IMG/VR virus record: IMGVR_UViG_3300028832_000112
Span: 32,001-96,000 of that record
Length of the DNA: 64,000 bases
Source: a virus
Lineage: Duplodnaviria; Caudoviricetes
Reading direction: 5' to 3' (one strand)
The stretch's first letter is position 1. Every line of letters starts with the position of its first letter. Below are positions 11,769 to 21,347 of this stretch, piece by piece. The notes under the pieces were generated by a model, which did not search any database, was not told the DNA's origin, and saw only the letters and a program-made list of their open reading frames with translations. The position numbers and the translations under genes were made by a program.

Positions 11769-12361
11769 AAAATTTAATATTGGTTATTGGACGTTCTGGC
11801 GCTGGCAAGGATTCTCTCATCCGCCACGCCAAGGAAGTTTTCAAGGACGTGTACAACATCGTGTCCGTTCCGTCCTATACGGATAGGCCGATGCGACCGG
11901 GCGAGACCGACGGCGTGGAACATACCTTCCTCACCAAGGAAGCGTTCGACGACCTCATGAAGCGCGAGACGATGTTCGGTTACACGAAGATCGGAGAAAC
12001 TGGGTTCCGCTACTGCTCTACCGTTGAAATGCTCAACCGTCTCGAAGGCGACACCATCTTCTACACGATCGATCCGAACGGCTACGACTACTGTCTCCAG
12101 TTCAAGGACATGTTCAATTTGAAAGTAATTTATGTCACTGCGAGCGAAGATATCCGCCGGGAACGTGCGAACGCTCGCAACGGTGACACGAGTACTTGGG
12201 AAAAGCGCAAGTCCGACGAGGACGGCCAGTTCAACTGCTTCGAGGCGCGAAAGCCTTGGGACGCAATGATTACGAACGATGGCGAGCTTGTCGAAGCCGA
12301 AAACGAGTTCGTGTTCGCTGTGAGCAAACTTCTATCAGGAGACGAAGATGTCGGAAAATAG
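11765..12361 (+). CDS. gmk: guanylate kinase
   Basis: GRSGAGKDS, SYTDRPMRPGETDGVEHTF. Confidence 0.92.
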   Translation: MKNLILVIGRSGAGKDSLIRHAKEVFKDVYNIVSVPSYTDRPMRPGETDGVEHTFLTKEAFDDLMKRETMFGYTKIGETGFRYCSTVEMLNRLEGDTIFYTIDPNGYDYCLQFKDMFNLKVIYVTASEDIRRERANARNGDTSTWEKRKSDEDGQFNCFEARKPWDAMITNDGELVEAENEFVFAVSKLLSGDEDVGK

Positions 12362-12839
12362 TAAGACTCCTACGACAAATGAAATAGAACGCGAGTTCTA
12401 TTATGCAATGTTGCCAGCAAGTGGCAACGAAAGCGGCACTGGCGACCTCTATTTCTGGTTCAGCAATATGGCTCGCCGTGGAATTCCTAGTGACTACGGC
12501 TGGTCGACGATACCGGAAGATGTGAAGCATGGCTATTCGTCGTCCAAGGATTCCTTGATGGAGTTCCTTCACAATACGCTGGCTCTGGATATCGACCGAG
12601 GCACTTGGAGCATGGCGGAAGCTACTGCCGTGCAGATATTCAAGGTCACTGAAAAAGTCGTGACGACAACATCGGTAGAACCCTATCCTTCCCTCAAGGT
12701 CGAGGAGTCCGCCATAACTGAGGTCGGCGAGGAAAAGTACGGCTGGAACGACCATGAGGAAACCACCACTTGCCCAAGGTGCGGCGAAGAAGGCGTTCCG
12801 TACGGTAATTGCCCTCACTGCGGCTATGACATCCACTAA
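12348..12839 (+). CDS. hypothetical protein, C-terminal Zn ribbon
   Basis: CPRCG...CPHCG. Confidence 0.7.
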   Translation: MSENSKTPTTNEIEREFYYAMLPASGNESGTGDLYFWFSNMARRGIPSDYGWSTIPEDVKHGYSSSKDSLMEFLHNTLALDIDRGTWSMAEATAVQIFKVTEKVVTTTSVEPYPSLKVEESAITEVGEEKYGWNDHEETTTCPRCGEEGVPYGNCPHCGYDIH

Positions 12840-12878
12840 TTGCCGTTTTTGAGCGAATTTAGCGTTCCCCTTCTGAAA

Positions 12879-12912
12879 GGGCCCAGACTGGACATCCCGG
12901 TCTGGGCTTTTT
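12879..12912 (+). terminator. intrinsic terminator
   Basis: GCCCAGACTGG..CCGGTCTGGGC followed by T-tract. Confidence 0.75.
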
Positions 12913-12940
12913 GCATAAGCTCCTAGTAAGGAGGCTGGAT

Positions 12941-13465
12941 ATGGCGGAACCGATTGTTCGACTTGTGGGCGATATAGACGAGGAAGTGGTATCAGAGGTC
13001 ATCGAGAAGCTGGGTAGGCTCTCACATAACGTGGGGAAGGTCATTCTGCTTATCGACAGCGACGGCGGTTCCATAGAAGAAGGCTTCCGATTGATCGACA
13101 CCATCCGGATTCTCCAAGACAAAGGGATAACCGTCCACACGGTTGGGTCGGGAAAACTTTATTCAATGTCATTTTTTGTCTTCTGCTCAGGAAAGGAACG
13201 GACTGCCTATCCGAGCACTCGATTCATGTCGCATTGTGCTCGATATGATGGGTTGGGTGAGAACGAGGCGTATACGGCGTCTGACTTGCGCGTTTTGCTC
13301 CAGGAAATGGAATACTACGACCGCATGATGAAGTCTGTGCTGATGGACGCCGGAGTAAGTTCTGCAGATGCAGACCAGCTATTAACGAAAAAGGACGTGT
13401 ATTTCAACGTCCCTCAAGCAATACATCTTGGAATTGTCCAGAAAGAAGAACACGATATCGTCTAG
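12941..13465 (+). CDS. ClpP-family protease
   Basis: IDSDGGSI, LYSMS (catalytic Ser), FMSH (His), AIHLGIV; AAGGAGG SD. Confidence 0.88.
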   Translation: MAEPIVRLVGDIDEEVVSEVIEKLGRLSHNVGKVILLIDSDGGSIEEGFRLIDTIRILQDKGITVHTVGSGKLYSMSFFVFCSGKERTAYPSTRFMSHCARYDGLGENEAYTASDLRVLLQEMEYYDRMMKSVLMDAGVSSADADQLLTKKDVYFNVPQAIHLGIVQKEEHDIV

Positions 13466-14208
13466 GACAGCTCCACCGACATCCAGTCGTCGAAGTCGAA
13501 GAATTCGAACGGCATTTTCTGGTCTTTCATGTGGAGCCAGACATCGGTCGTGATGACGTGCGAACCGTTGAGCGCGTCTTCCACTTTCTTGTTGAGAAGC
13601 GGAATGCGGTCATCTAGGCTGCCGTCTCTTGCCGACAGTCCGTGCATCTCGATCTTGGCTTCTGGACGGTACATACCCTTGTCGTACGCTTCTAGTAGTT
13701 TGTTCTGGATACGATTGAATCGTCCGGTCGGAATGTAATTGTCGAACACGGTTCCGTCGTAAGTTAGTTGCACGAGGCGCACCTTGTAACGGCGCTGCAG
13801 CTCGCGCATTATGTGCCTACGCATGTTCATGAAGAACTGGTCGCATCGGTCGGTGAGGATGAAGTGGTCTACTTCTTGTTTCACGTTGCCGAACGAGTCG
13901 ACGAAGGTCGAGTCGCAGCGAAGCGACTTGAGGTCGATATCCAGTTCCGTCGAGAACAAGTGCAGAGACTTCTTCGAGTTGTACGCGACGTGACCGATCT
14001 CGTGGATTTCTTGGTTGTCCGGCAAGACGATGCCAGTCTCCTCTTTCAGTTCACGCTTCGCCGCTTCGAGCGGAGTCTCGCCGTTCTCGATGTGGCCCTT
14101 CGGAATGTCGTAGGCGTAATTGTAGGTATAGGGACGTCCAGTCGGATGTCCTCCAAGCACCTTATGGGTGCTCTTGTCAATGATGATAAAACCAGCTGAT
14201 AGTTCCAT
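13462..14208 (-). CDS. NUDIX hydrolase with C-terminal extension
   Basis: Nudix box PKGHIENGETPLEAAKRELKEETG. Confidence 0.92.
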   Translation of the reverse strand: MELSAGFIIIDKSTHKVLGGHPTGRPYTYNYAYDIPKGHIENGETPLEAAKRELKEETGIVLPDNQEIHEIGHVAYNSKKSLHLFSTELDIDLKSLRCDSTFVDSFGNVKQEVDHFILTDRCDQFFMNMRRHIMRELQRRYKVRLVQLTYDGTVFDNYIPTGRFNRIQNKLLEAYDKGMYRPEAKIEMHGLSARDGSLDDRIPLLNKKVEDALNGSHVITTDVWLHMKDQKMPFEFFDFDDWMSVELS

Positions 14209-14223
14209 GCCTATTAAATTAGC

Positions 14224-14427
14224 TTAATCGCAGTCCTTGTTGATTTCGTAGGGCTGCTGGGGTTCCGTTACGTCGATGCGCTTGACCGTGGTCGTCGGCG
14301 TCACCTTCTGGGCGTCCATGCCGAGGAGGACGATACGCTTCATTTCGTCATATTCCTCGTCCGTTGCGTTGTCCGGGACGAAGAACTTCTGGACTTGCTT
14401 GTATTCGCGAGTGACTTCGAACTGCAT
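14224..14427 (-). CDS. small hypothetical protein
   Basis: AGGAG SD; reverse promoter at 14468-14496. Confidence 0.65.
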   Translation of the reverse strand: MQFEVTREYKQVQKFFVPDNATDEEYDEMKRIVLLGMDAQKVTPTTTVKRIDVTEPQQPYEINKDCD

Positions 14428-14525
14428 AAGAATCTCCTTGTTTCTTACTTTTTTCTTATTTATATAAAATATAGCAATTTTCCGTGTTCTCGTCACCTAA
14501 ACTGATTGGAAAAGGAAGAAATTTT

Positions 14526-15341
14526 ATGGGTTTCAATATGCCTAAGACCAAAACAGTAGAACACGGCGAGATTACCTTAGAACAGCTCAATGAAATCAAG
14601 CGATGCGCAAGTGACTTGTCTTATTTCGCCAAGTACATAAAGCTCGAAAAGAATGGATATCCGATCAACTGGAGAGACTACCAGCTTCGCGAGTTCGACA
14701 TTCTCCAGAAGTACAACAACGTCATCCACAACTGGTGTAGGCAAGCTGGCAACCGATGGATCGAGGCCGCCTATGTGTTGTGGTACGTGACGTTCAACTC
14801 GTCTCGCTGCTGTGTGCTGTTGGATGTCAAGCATAGCATGGCCAAGGAACAGCTCGCGCTTATCAAGACGATGTACTTGAACTTGCCGTGGTGGTTGAAG
14901 AAGGAAGCCGATTTCCATAAGATATACGCCACGTTCGGTTCTGGCATAGACAAATGCACCATATTCGTTGAGGCGTACGGCCTTGGTGGATTCCGTGGTA
15001 AGACGGTTAACTTGTTCATGTGTCGGAATTTTGCATTTGTCAAGGAATCCATAGCAAACGATTTCGCGGCTTCCGTATTTCCGGTACACATGTCAGGTAA
15101 TCCGAAGAATCACCGCATGCTGATATCCTCTTGTCCAAACGGCAAGGGCAACTTGTTCCATCATCTGTGGAATAGTTGCATCCAGCTGCCCAACGTGATT
15201 CAGCCGGAATCGACGTCGTTTGTCGGTACGGAAGTGACGTACAGCAAGCAAGTCAAGCCGTACGTGAAAAAGGACATGTCGAGCTTGCTTCCGCGCCACA
15301 TCTACCTCGCCGAGTATGAATGTAAATTCGTGGACAGATAA
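14526..15341 (+). CDS. degenerate T4 gp17-like large terminase ATPase domain (no nuclease domain)
   Basis: YFAKYIK, RDYQ, CRQAGNR, RGKTVNLFMCRNFAFV, ISSCPNG.GNLFHHLW, ends at EYECKF. Confidence 0.75.
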   Translation: MGFNMPKTKTVEHGEITLEQLNEIKRCASDLSYFAKYIKLEKNGYPINWRDYQLREFDILQKYNNVIHNWCRQAGNRWIEAAYVLWYVTFNSSRCCVLLDVKHSMAKEQLALIKTMYLNLPWWLKKEADFHKIYATFGSGIDKCTIFVEAYGLGGFRGKTVNLFMCRNFAFVKESIANDFAASVFPVHMSGNPKNHRMLISSCPNGKGNLFHHLWNSCIQLPNVIQPESTSFVGTEVTYSKQVKPYVKKDMSSLLPRHIYLAEYECKFVDR

Positions 15342-15374
15342 TAAACTGTGGCTAAAGTCTCCTACGAGGAAACA

Positions 15375-15653
15375 ATGGCTAATATGAAATCTGTCGATGA
15401 AGTTATCGACGCCGAAATCGGCGGTTCTCCGATTTGCGAAGCCGTGAAGCAGATCGCTGGCACGTTGTTTGAGTCAATCGATTACAACAACGCAAGTGCC
15501 GTGTACAATGCTCTTGCAGAAGGCCAGTACTTTACTGACGCGGAACTTGAGCTTGTTACCAATGGCTGGGGCTTGAACACTGATACCTTGGACAGAATCT
15601 GCCAAGTCCGCTATGGCGGCGATGCAGACCAAGTTATTGAAGGACGTGTATGA
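15375..15653 (+). CDS. small acidic hypothetical protein
   Basis: GAGGA SD before ATG 15375; ATGA overlap with patatin. Confidence 0.7.
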   Translation: MANMKSVDEVIDAEIGGSPICEAVKQIAGTLFESIDYNNASAVYNALAEGQYFTDAELELVTNGWGLNTDTLDRICQVRYGGDADQVIEGRV

Positions 15654-16522
15654 GACCCTACCTAGCTATCAGTATCAACGGCGGCGGTGCCCTCGGCATC
15701 GGCCCTCTCGCGTTCATGGAACGTCTCGAAAGCGATGTCGGTAGAGGACTCAACGAAATCGGCGTTGCGTTTGCTGGAACTTCTACTGGCTCCATCATCG
15801 CTGGCGGTTTCGACGAAGGATATAACGCCCATGAATTACGTAAGCTGTACCGTGACAACTTGAAGAAGATTTTCACGAAGTATTCGTGGTACAAGCGCTT
15901 GCAGCCTTCTTGCCCGACCTACGACAACTCCTACTTGAAGGAACTCCTCAAGAAGAAGTTCAAGGGAAAGGTCAGCGACTGGAAGAAGCCCATTTACATT
16001 CCGACTACGCACACGAACGGTGAAAGCGTGGAGAAGGTTTGGGACTTGGGCGATACGAAGGTCGACAAGTGGTTCGCCATCTTGACAAGCACTGCGGCTC
16101 CTACATTCTTCGATGTTGTCGTTCAAGACGGCCAAAGTTTTTGTGACGGTGGTATGTGGGCGAACTCTCCGATTGCAGTCCTCAACGCTGGCTTGAAGCG
16201 TTCTGAGTACGTAGGCAAGCTCCGCATTCTTTCGTTCAACACTGGCATGGATACGCCGAACACGCTCAAGGGAAACCAGTCCCTCATCGGTTGGGCTACC
16301 TACCTCAAGGACGAATGGATCGCTCGCGCCGGAAAGAGCAACGACTACGAAGTCATCGCCGATCTCGGCGCAGAGAACGTGGCCATCGCCTCTCCGAAGC
16401 ACTCTTCAAAGATTGCGATGGACAAGACCGACGACGACACGCTCAATAAGATCGAGAAAATCTGGACGGACTACTACGATGCCAACCGTGAATATTTCAA
16501 GAAATTCGTGAAGTGCTACTAG
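15650..16522 (+). CDS. patatin-like phospholipase
   Basis: GGGALG, GTSTG nucleophile elbow, AAPTFF, DGG. Confidence 0.92.
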   Translation: MRPYLAISINGGGALGIGPLAFMERLESDVGRGLNEIGVAFAGTSTGSIIAGGFDEGYNAHELRKLYRDNLKKIFTKYSWYKRLQPSCPTYDNSYLKELLKKKFKGKVSDWKKPIYIPTTHTNGESVEKVWDLGDTKVDKWFAILTSTAAPTFFDVVVQDGQSFCDGGMWANSPIAVLNAGLKRSEYVGKLRILSFNTGMDTPNTLKGNQSLIGWATYLKDEWIARAGKSNDYEVIADLGAENVAIASPKHSSKIAMDKTDDDTLNKIEKIWTDYYDANREYFKKFVKCY

Positions 16523-16552
16523 GAACGGCTGGAAATGGATAAAAAAGGGGAT

Positions 16553-16581
16553 TTGCCAAGCAAATCCTCTTTTGCTATATT
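16553..16581 (+). promoter_or_regulatory. early promoter embedded in terminator hairpin
   Basis: TTGCCA-N17-TATATT; hairpin GGGGATTTG-ccaag-CAAATCCTC. Confidence 0.75.
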
Positions 16582-16607
16582 TAGGGCAACTTATCACTGG
16601 AATTCTC

Positions 16608-17372
16608 ATGGGAGAACTCAAACAAGCAGCTGGCATCAAGGTGGTACTCCAAGACCATTACGAAATGCCGAACCCACTTGAAACGACTTGCACCGTACTG
16701 TCATCGATCGGTATAAGCCCAGAATACTCACCGATGGCTGGCACGACGGAACTCTGGATCAACAGCGATGACGGTTCCTCGAAGTATGTTGGCTATCTTG
16801 ACTTTATCCACGATTTGCCGACTGGTCGACGTAATCTCTGGGGTCACACCGACGGCGGCAAGGCGATGCAACTCCTGACTGATAAGGACATCTTTGAATT
16901 CAAGGATATTCTCATGGCAGAAAACAACATCCAAGACAACGACGCACTCGAAATCATCGTACAGTACCAGCACGAAGACACCTACCGTCTCAAGGCTATC
17001 GAAAAGGGCAACTGGATCGACATGGCCGCCGACGAAGACGTGACTATCAAGGCTGGCGAACTCAAGCTCATCAACCTCGGAGTGGCTATGAAGCTTCCGG
17101 AAGGCTACGAAGGACACCTTGCCCCTCGTTCCTCCACGCTCAAGAAGTTCGGTGTGCTTCAGGCAAATTCAGTCGGCGTCGTCGACGATACATACTGTGG
17201 CCCTACAGACTGGTGGCGCTTCCCGGCATTCGCTACTCGCGATACCGAGATCAAGCGCGGCGAACGCATCTGCCAGTTCCGCATCATGGAAGTGCAGCCG
17301 AAGCTCCGCTTCACCGAAGGAAAGATGGTCGCCGAAGACCGAGGCGGATTCGGTTCCACCGGGACAAAGTAA
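16608..17372 (+). CDS. dut: trimeric dUTPase with ~100-aa N-terminal extension
   Basis: WIDM, PRSS, GVVDDTYCG, RICQFRI, RGGFGSTG. Confidence 0.9.
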   Translation: MGELKQAAGIKVVLQDHYEMPNPLETTCTVLSSIGISPEYSPMAGTTELWINSDDGSSKYVGYLDFIHDLPTGRRNLWGHTDGGKAMQLLTDKDIFEFKDILMAENNIQDNDALEIIVQYQHEDTYRLKAIEKGNWIDMAADEDVTIKAGELKLINLGVAMKLPEGYEGHLAPRSSTLKKFGVLQANSVGVVDDTYCGPTDWWRFPAFATRDTEIKRGERICQFRIMEVQPKLRFTEGKMVAEDRGGFGSTGTK

Positions 17373-17390
17373 TTGTTGTTAGTCCATACA

Positions 17391-17420
17391 AGATCGCCAG
17401 CGTCTGCTGGCGGTCTTTTT
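17391..17420 (+). terminator. intrinsic terminator
   Basis: AGATCGCCAGC-gtct-GCTGGCGGTCTTTTT. Confidence 0.8.
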
Positions 17421-17434
17421 CATAAACTAGGGTC

Positions 17435-17725
17435 ATGCAAGCATTTCTCCACTCGATAGCTCCTTTCCTTGGCGGTTTCGGCTCGTTTCTCTTTGCGATC
17501 GTCAACGTTCCTATCATCGTAAAAATTTATATGCAGAAGTCCACAGAAGGGACTTCTTTGCTGTTTGTGCTGATGTCGTTCTTTGCGAACATCTGCTGCG
17601 GCATGTTCGTGCTGGACAACAACCTCACTACGGGCGTATGGCAGATTCCGCTTTATTGCAACTACGGATTCGCGTTCTGCTGTTGCTGCTGGATTCTGTA
17701 CTTGTTCCATAAGTTCAAGAAATAG
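17435..17725 (+). CDS. PQ-loop/SemiSWEET-like 3-TM transporter
   Basis: three hydrophobic helices, P.IVKIY..KSTEGTS, PLYCNY. Confidence 0.7.
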   Translation: MQAFLHSIAPFLGGFGSFLFAIVNVPIIVKIYMQKSTEGTSLLFVLMSFFANICCGMFVLDNNLTTGVWQIPLYCNYGFAFCCCCWILYLFHKFKK

Positions 17726-17736
17726 AATAATTTATC

Positions 17737-19722
17737 ATGTGGAAATTCAAAACAAAAGGAACACTCCACATGTGTAATTATCCAGAAGAATCCTCACGTC
17801 CATTGTCCACGATGGAATGCCAGAACGCCTTTGACCAGCTCGTCTCTGAGACGGAACAGCCCAAGGCAGATGCTAACTATTCACCCGATCCTGAACGTAT
17901 TGCTGATATTACTAATCAGTACAAGCTGTTTGCAAAGACATTGGAACCGAAGAAGTCCGACGATATGACCGACAACGAGCCGCTGCGCATTGTCGAGCGC
18001 AAGCCTACCGCCGATCCCCACTTCGACGAGATCAAGTTCAACCGTGAACCGACATTTGCCGAAGTGAAGCAGATGTGCAGTGACGAAGGCATGTCTATCG
18101 CAGACGAGACGATTCCTACTCTCACCAAGGAAACAATCGAAAAGGCTACAGAAGCGTTTGACGACGTGCCGACGGACGAAGCTGTGGACGTAGATCTGGA
18201 CGAAGCTCCGGAAGAAGTCAACGAAGCTTCGAGCACCGAGTTCTTGGAAGAAGATGCGCCGGACGAAGGCGAAGAAGAACCCAATCCGGTCAAGGAAGCT
18301 TTCGCGAAGGTCGCCAAGGAAGTCGACCAGCAGCTGAAGGACGAATGCGAAGGCAACTGCATCAAGTGCGACAACCATTGCCACGACAAGGTTGATGTGA
18401 AGGTGCCGTCCGAAAACGACAAGTTCAGAGCGTCATGCGCGATTGAGTTCTTGCACAAAAAAGAAATTGGCCAAGACAATGTAGCTGACCACTTGGACGT
18501 TATTGACGATATCTATACGACGCTTACCGAAACACAGCTCAAGCTGGTAACGGATGAAGCTCCTTGGCTTACGGCGGTGTTCCAAGACGCCGATATTCGC
18601 AAGGCGGAACGCGAGAGCGCGGCGAGAAAAGAAGCCGAACTCGAAGCTGCCGATGAAAAGTCCAAGGCTCAAGCCGAACAGCTTACTAGCAAGCTCGAAG
18701 GAAAGACTGGCAACTGGGAAGCTGACGCACAGAAGGCCCAGTACGAGGCATGGACTGACCTAGTGAAGAAGTGGCCGACCTTGTCGAAGGATGTGCAAGA
18801 CGTTCTTGAACGCATCCCTGGGTTCACCGCATTCCGAAACTACACGCAGTCCCAGATGAATTCTGAAGCATTCAAGCAGAAGATCGACTACGATCCGGAA
18901 CAGACCGTGAAGGAAATGGCCAGAGCCCACGAGCTGGGAAACATTTCTGCCGCAGACGCCGCGAAGTTCATGGATGAACCAGACATGATCAGCAAGTTCG
19001 CTATGGGCAACAGTCCAGAATTCGACCAGCTGAACAAGGAACGCAACGAGTTCAGTACGAACAACTTCTCGAAGGCGACCAACATGTTCGAGAAGCTTCA
19101 GAATGACGGACATATTCCGCCGACGAACAAGGGTGCCGACCCTAGTCTGTTCTCAAATCAGACGTACCGCCAGTTCTGGAAGAATGCGCCTGAAGCTGAG
19201 CTCGGCAATACTCTTATCTTCGGCCCGACGCCTTGCATGTTCGATACGGTCAAGGACGGTAACGGTTTCGGAAAGGGTGACTGCACGGTTGGCGATATCT
19301 TTGAACAAGAATACGCTCGCTCCAGGAAGGTTAATGCTAGTCATCCGATCGTCCAGCCGAAGAAGCCGCTGACCCCGGAAGAGTCCTTGGCGAACCTCAT
19401 GACGGACTTGCCGAAGACGATGGTGAACAAGATTCTCGCCATTCCGAGTGACGACTGGAAGTTCAAGTTTGACGGTGAGGCGTTTGAACTTTGTTACAAT
19501 GTCGCTTCTCGTACAATCCGCTTGTCGATGTTCAAGAAGAAGCTGGTGGACAGCGACCACTTGGGTAGCGTGTTCTCGTTGAGCTTCGTCAACGATGGCC
19601 CCGGCAGCGTTCAGTACAACCGTTCTTTCAACGCATTGAAGGATATCTCCGCCGCTGGCCCCAACGCAAAGCGTCTTTACCAGTGGTTCGGTAAGATAAT
19701 TGCAACATTCTTCAGCAAATAA
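17737..19722 (+). CDS. large acidic hypothetical protein
   Basis: 661-aa ORF with D/E-rich and coiled-coil regions. Confidence 0.8.
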   Translation: MWKFKTKGTLHMCNYPEESSRPLSTMECQNAFDQLVSETEQPKADANYSPDPERIADITNQYKLFAKTLEPKKSDDMTDNEPLRIVERKPTADPHFDEIKFNREPTFAEVKQMCSDEGMSIADETIPTLTKETIEKATEAFDDVPTDEAVDVDLDEAPEEVNEASSTEFLEEDAPDEGEEEPNPVKEAFAKVAKEVDQQLKDECEGNCIKCDNHCHDKVDVKVPSENDKFRASCAIEFLHKKEIGQDNVADHLDVIDDIYTTLTETQLKLVTDEAPWLTAVFQDADIRKAERESAARKEAELEAADEKSKAQAEQLTSKLEGKTGNWEADAQKAQYEAWTDLVKKWPTLSKDVQDVLERIPGFTAFRNYTQSQMNSEAFKQKIDYDPEQTVKEMARAHELGNISAADAAKFMDEPDMISKFAMGNSPEFDQLNKERNEFSTNNFSKATNMFEKLQNDGHIPPTNKGADPSLFSNQTYRQFWKNAPEAELGNTLIFGPTPCMFDTVKDGNGFGKGDCTVGDIFEQEYARSRKVNASHPIVQPKKPLTPEESLANLMTDLPKTMVNKILAIPSDDWKFKFDGEAFELCYNVASRTIRLSMFKKKLVDSDHLGSVFSLSFVNDGPGSVQYNRSFNALKDISAAGPNAKRLYQWFGKIIATFFSK

Positions 19723-19777
19723 TGTAATTTAAAACATGGACGCGGTCTGTGGGAAGCCGTGTCCGGCATAGTGGAGT

Positions 19778-19812
19778 CGGCCACCGAGAGAAATCTTGGT
19801 GGCCGCTTTTTT
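19778..19812 (+). terminator. intrinsic terminator
   Basis: CGGCCACCGAGA-gaaa-TCTTGGTGGCCG-CTTTTTT. Confidence 0.85.
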
Positions 19813-19847
19813 GATAAACTGCGATTAGCTTGAAACGATTGGCCACT

Positions 19848-21119
19848 ATGAACGAGATTGAACAGCTGAAAGAATTTTCGGCAATACTAGAATCCATCGA
19901 AATGCCGGAGCACTTGTCGACGGCGTTGATGGAAGCGTTCACGTTTACTCACCACGACTTTGTCATTCCGCCAGACCAGCCGCTGCCTCCAGAGATCGAG
20001 GCTGAAATTAAGCGTCGCTTGGAGAAGCTTGAACAAAAGAACAAGTCTTGGGGCATCCCGTTTGATCCGGTCGAGGCTCGCCGTAAACTGGAAACCCAAG
20101 CTCGAAAGTTCCCACAGAGTTTTTCGTTGGCTACTGACGCTGCGAAGAAAGGTCGTGAACGTTACGAGCAGTATTTGGACAACATCGTCGGCATGAACAT
20201 GCGCAACTCGTCCATCAGCGTACCGAATCCGCACGAAGCTCGCCAGAACTACTACAAGGCCGCAGTGGATGTCGTTGCGAGAACTTATCAGAAATATGGA
20301 ATTCCGTTCGACGCACAGAAGAATCTCGATTACGTTATGCGCCATGACCGTGACAGCGACCACCGCGAGTTCGACCGTACCACCGCGCAGAACCTCTCGT
20401 TCCCTACATTCGATGCGGCCAATACCAACAGAATCTTGAACATGCTCAAGCTTGAGAACTCCGCGCTCCGCACGGTGCTGCAGAAGTGCTACTGGTTCCT
20501 CGTAAACCTTCAGAAGGCCCAAGAGGAAGGTTCCGTCGGCGGATACTTGATGGTTCAGAAGATGAAGTATTCGACTGACGCTGTTCCTGAAGAAGCCAAG
20601 CCAGTCGCCAAGCTTACCGAGGAAGACCAAGCCGAGTTCGACCGCAAGGAAGCCGAACGCATCGCCAAGGAGAACGCTCCGAAGGGCTACCAGCCAGTCG
20701 CCTCTAGGGTGTCTTGCATCGGTGAACTCCGAAACGTGTTCAGCCGTCTTCCGTACTACAAGCTGTACCAGCGTTACGCCCAGTCCGCGAACCCAGCGCA
20801 GCTGGAGATGACTCCGAGACCGAACGAGAAGTTCTTCCAGTTCCTATGGCGAGTCAACCGTGGCGGCATTCCGGTAGGCGCTTTCGTAGACCACCTTGCG
20901 AAGGACATGAAGGCCGCATACCCAGAGATGGACTGGAACCGCACCCTCGAATACTACATGGACAAGGTAAAGGATTTCCGGGACTTCTCAAGGCTGTCGC
21001 AGCGCGATACCGAGAATGCATTGAAACAAGGTCTTATTACCCAAGACAATGCGGCGCTCTACAAGATCTGGTCGACCTTCCAATACATAAAGCAAGCGAA
21101 AGAAGAGCTCGGACGCTAG
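19848..21119 (+). CDS. hypothetical protein (possible virion/internal protein)
   Basis: ATAAACT upstream; repeated GIPFD motif. Confidence 0.75.
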   Translation: MNEIEQLKEFSAILESIEMPEHLSTALMEAFTFTHHDFVIPPDQPLPPEIEAEIKRRLEKLEQKNKSWGIPFDPVEARRKLETQARKFPQSFSLATDAAKKGRERYEQYLDNIVGMNMRNSSISVPNPHEARQNYYKAAVDVVARTYQKYGIPFDAQKNLDYVMRHDRDSDHREFDRTTAQNLSFPTFDAANTNRILNMLKLENSALRTVLQKCYWFLVNLQKAQEEGSVGGYLMVQKMKYSTDAVPEEAKPVAKLTEEDQAEFDRKEAERIAKENAPKGYQPVASRVSCIGELRNVFSRLPYYKLYQRYAQSANPAQLEMTPRPNEKFFQFLWRVNRGGIPVGAFVDHLAKDMKAAYPEMDWNRTLEYYMDKVKDFRDFSRLSQRDTENALKQGLITQDNAALYKIWSTFQYIKQAKEELGR

Positions 21120-21126
21120 TCCTCGT

Positions 21127-21155
21127 TTGATTTTTGCTGAACTCCTTGCTATATT
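21127..21155 (+). promoter_or_regulatory. early promoter
   Basis: TTGATT-N17-TATATT. Confidence 0.7.
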
Positions 21156-21176
21156 TATGGCAAGGAGTTTTTTATT

Positions 21177-21347
21177 ATGAAAGTAATCATGCATCATCAG
21201 GTGACTGGCGGCGTCGAGAACGTCGACAAGTGGATCATGGAACAAGGACTTTCCTTGTCCGACGTCCAGATCGTGTTCATGTACAATCCGCGTGGAAGCC
21301 GCTACATGGTATTCTACGAAGCCGAAGTGGAAGACAAGAAGAAATGA
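21177..21347 (+). CDS. 56-aa hypothetical protein (not in ORF track)
   Basis: AGGAG SD, MKVIMHHQVTGG..., ATGA overlap with next gene. Confidence 0.65.
   Translation: MKVIMHHQVTGGVENVDKWIMEQGLSLSDVQIVFMYNPRGSRYMVFYEAEVEDKKK

Noticed and set aside
15650-16522. Complete CBASS system
   Set aside because: No CD-NTase is adjacent; the 3140 nucleotidyltransferase has RlaP-type motifs and lies 11 kb away
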